This document shows, one piece after another, positions 62,734 to 64,000 of a stretch of DNA of 64,000 bases. Position numbers and translations under genes: made by a program. The notes below the pieces were generated by a model that saw only the letters and a program-made list of their open reading frames with translations, ran no database searches and was not told where the DNA came from. The stretch comes from an uncultured Planctomycetota bacterium (lineage in GTDB: Bacteria; Planctomycetota; Planctomycetia; Pirellulales; Lacipirellulaceae). Where the stretch lies: NCBI GenBank assembly GCA_963719315.1, contig CAVRBU010000002.1, positions 96,001 through 160,000 on the forward strand, written 5' to 3'. Position 1 is the first letter of the stretch, and the number at the start of each line of letters is the position of its first letter.

Positions 62734-63831
62734 TTATTTGACGTTTTTTTCGCGAAACTCAATCATGAAATCGCGAAGCTTTTCAACGCCTGCGACAGGC
62801 ATCGCGTTATATATCGAGGCGCGAATGCCACCGACTGAACGATGGCCTTTCAAATCCGTCATTCCCTGCTTTTCCGCGTCGTCGACAAACTTCGTGGTCA
62901 GCTCGTCGCTAGGCAACCGGAATGAAACATTCATCATCGACCGCCACGCGGGCTGCGAATGCCCTTTGTAAAAACCATTGCTAACGTCGAGCACGTCGTA
63001 CAGCAGCTTGGCCTTGGCTCGGTTCTGCGCTTCCATCTTGGCCAATCCGCCAACGTCGTTCATCAGCCACTTCGTGACTAACATCAAAACATAAATCGGG
63101 AACGTCGGCGCCGTGTTCCACAACGATCGGGCTTCGGCGTGAATCTGAAAGTTGAGGTATCCGGGCAGCGTCTCGCTGCTCCGCTGCAATAGATCCTTGC
63201 GAATAATGACGACCGTTACGCCCGCCGGGCCAGCGTTCTTTTGAGCGCATGCATAGAGTATTCCGTACTTCCGCACGTCCACCGAACGACACAAAAAGTC
63301 GCTGGATGCATCGCATACTAACGGAACGTCGCCCGCTTCCGGCTCCTTCTGAAATTGCACGCCTTGAATGGTCTCATTCGAGGCGTAATACAAATAGGCG
63401 GCCTTCGGATCCACACGCAAATCGCTACTAGACGGCAATTTATCGTAATTCGTCGCCTTGCCGTCCCAAATGACTTGCGCCTCGCCAAACTTCACGGCCT
63501 CCTGGGCCGCATATTTACTCCATGATCCGGTCACCAAATAATTGCTGAGCCGACGTCCGCCCCCCATGAGGTTCATCGGGATCATCGAGAACTGAAGCCG
63601 TGCCCCACCTTGCAACATCAACACTGCGTAATCGTCGGGAATTGCCAAAAGCTGCCGCAGATTCGATTCCGCCTCGGTGATAATCTTCTCAAACGTCTTG
63701 CTGCGATGGCTGATCTCAAGAATGGACGCTCCCACACCGGGCAATGCCATCAAGTCGCGCTGGGCCTCGGCCAACACCGGCTCGGGCAATACCGCCGGGC
63801 CGGACGAAAAATTGAAGACTCGCTCGGTCAT
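62734..63831 (-). CDS. serC: Phosphoserine aminotransferase
   Basis: FNFSSGPA, EISHRS, QGGA, NETIQG, AQKNAGPAG, GHRSVGGIRASIYNA. Confidence 0.97.
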   Translation of the reverse strand: MTERVFNFSSGPAVLPEPVLAEAQRDLMALPGVGASILEISHRSKTFEKIITEAESNLRQLLAIPDDYAVLMLQGGARLQFSMIPMNLMGGGRRLSNYLVTGSWSKYAAQEAVKFGEAQVIWDGKATNYDKLPSSSDLRVDPKAAYLYYASNETIQGVQFQKEPEAGDVPLVCDASSDFLCRSVDVRKYGILYACAQKNAGPAGVTVVIIRKDLLQRSSETLPGYLNFQIHAEARSLWNTAPTFPIYVLMLVTKWLMNDVGGLAKMEAQNRAKAKLLYDVLDVSNGFYKGHSQPAWRSMMNVSFRLPSDELTTKFVDDAEKQGMTDLKGHRSVGGIRASIYNAMPVAGVEKLRDFMIEFREKNVK

Positions 63832-64000
63832 GAATGTCTCGTCATCCGTGAGTTTTTCACTGATTTCCCGCACATTGTACCCTTCCCGCCGTGGGCTGAC
63901 GATGGCTGTTTGGAGTGGCATTGAAAGACGGACAATCCTGTCCGTCACTTGGTTCGACGGACAGAATTGTCTGCCTACGGCAGTTCGTTCATGCAGTTTA

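Overview
GC-rich chromosomal window from a planctomycete, probably Pirellulales-like. This is inferred from the DUF1501/DUF1549-DUF1553/cytochrome c-WD40 cluster, MfnB, PEP-CTERM and thioredoxin-YHS genes. Layout: (1) 1-16.3 kb housekeeping and hypothetical genes (M24 peptidase, rnd, antiporter, mfnB, TPR protein, thioredoxin-YHS, rho with a Gly/Arg-rich N-terminus and a long leader, Zn-ADH, vWA protein). (2) 16.4-20.7 kb decayed mobile island ending at tRNA-Ser(GGA): broken metallophosphoesterase, two ISKra4 pieces, a phage capsid tail, a PEP-CTERM gene split by IS5, and an integrase tail. (3) 20.7-30.4 kb metabolic genes and the DUF1501 cluster. (4) 30.4-49.3 kb, a 15-gene minus-strand Wzx/Wzy polysaccharide operon ending in an unusual tailoring cassette (two FemAB-like GNATs, a JmjC oxygenase, a deacetylase and an asparagine-synthetase-like ligase lacking its catalytic Cys), with IS630 inserted upstream. 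(5) lhr, a Gfo/Idh/MocA oxidoreductase, a degenerate aldo/keto reductase, tRNA-Gln(CTG), an FHA-GAF-PP2C phosphatase, a BON protein, serA and serC. About a dozen genes, including rho and serA, carry single-base frameshifts, most likely long-read indel errors. The best candidate for an undescribed system is the polysaccharide tailoring cassette. All calls come from motif recognition by eye; no searches were run.
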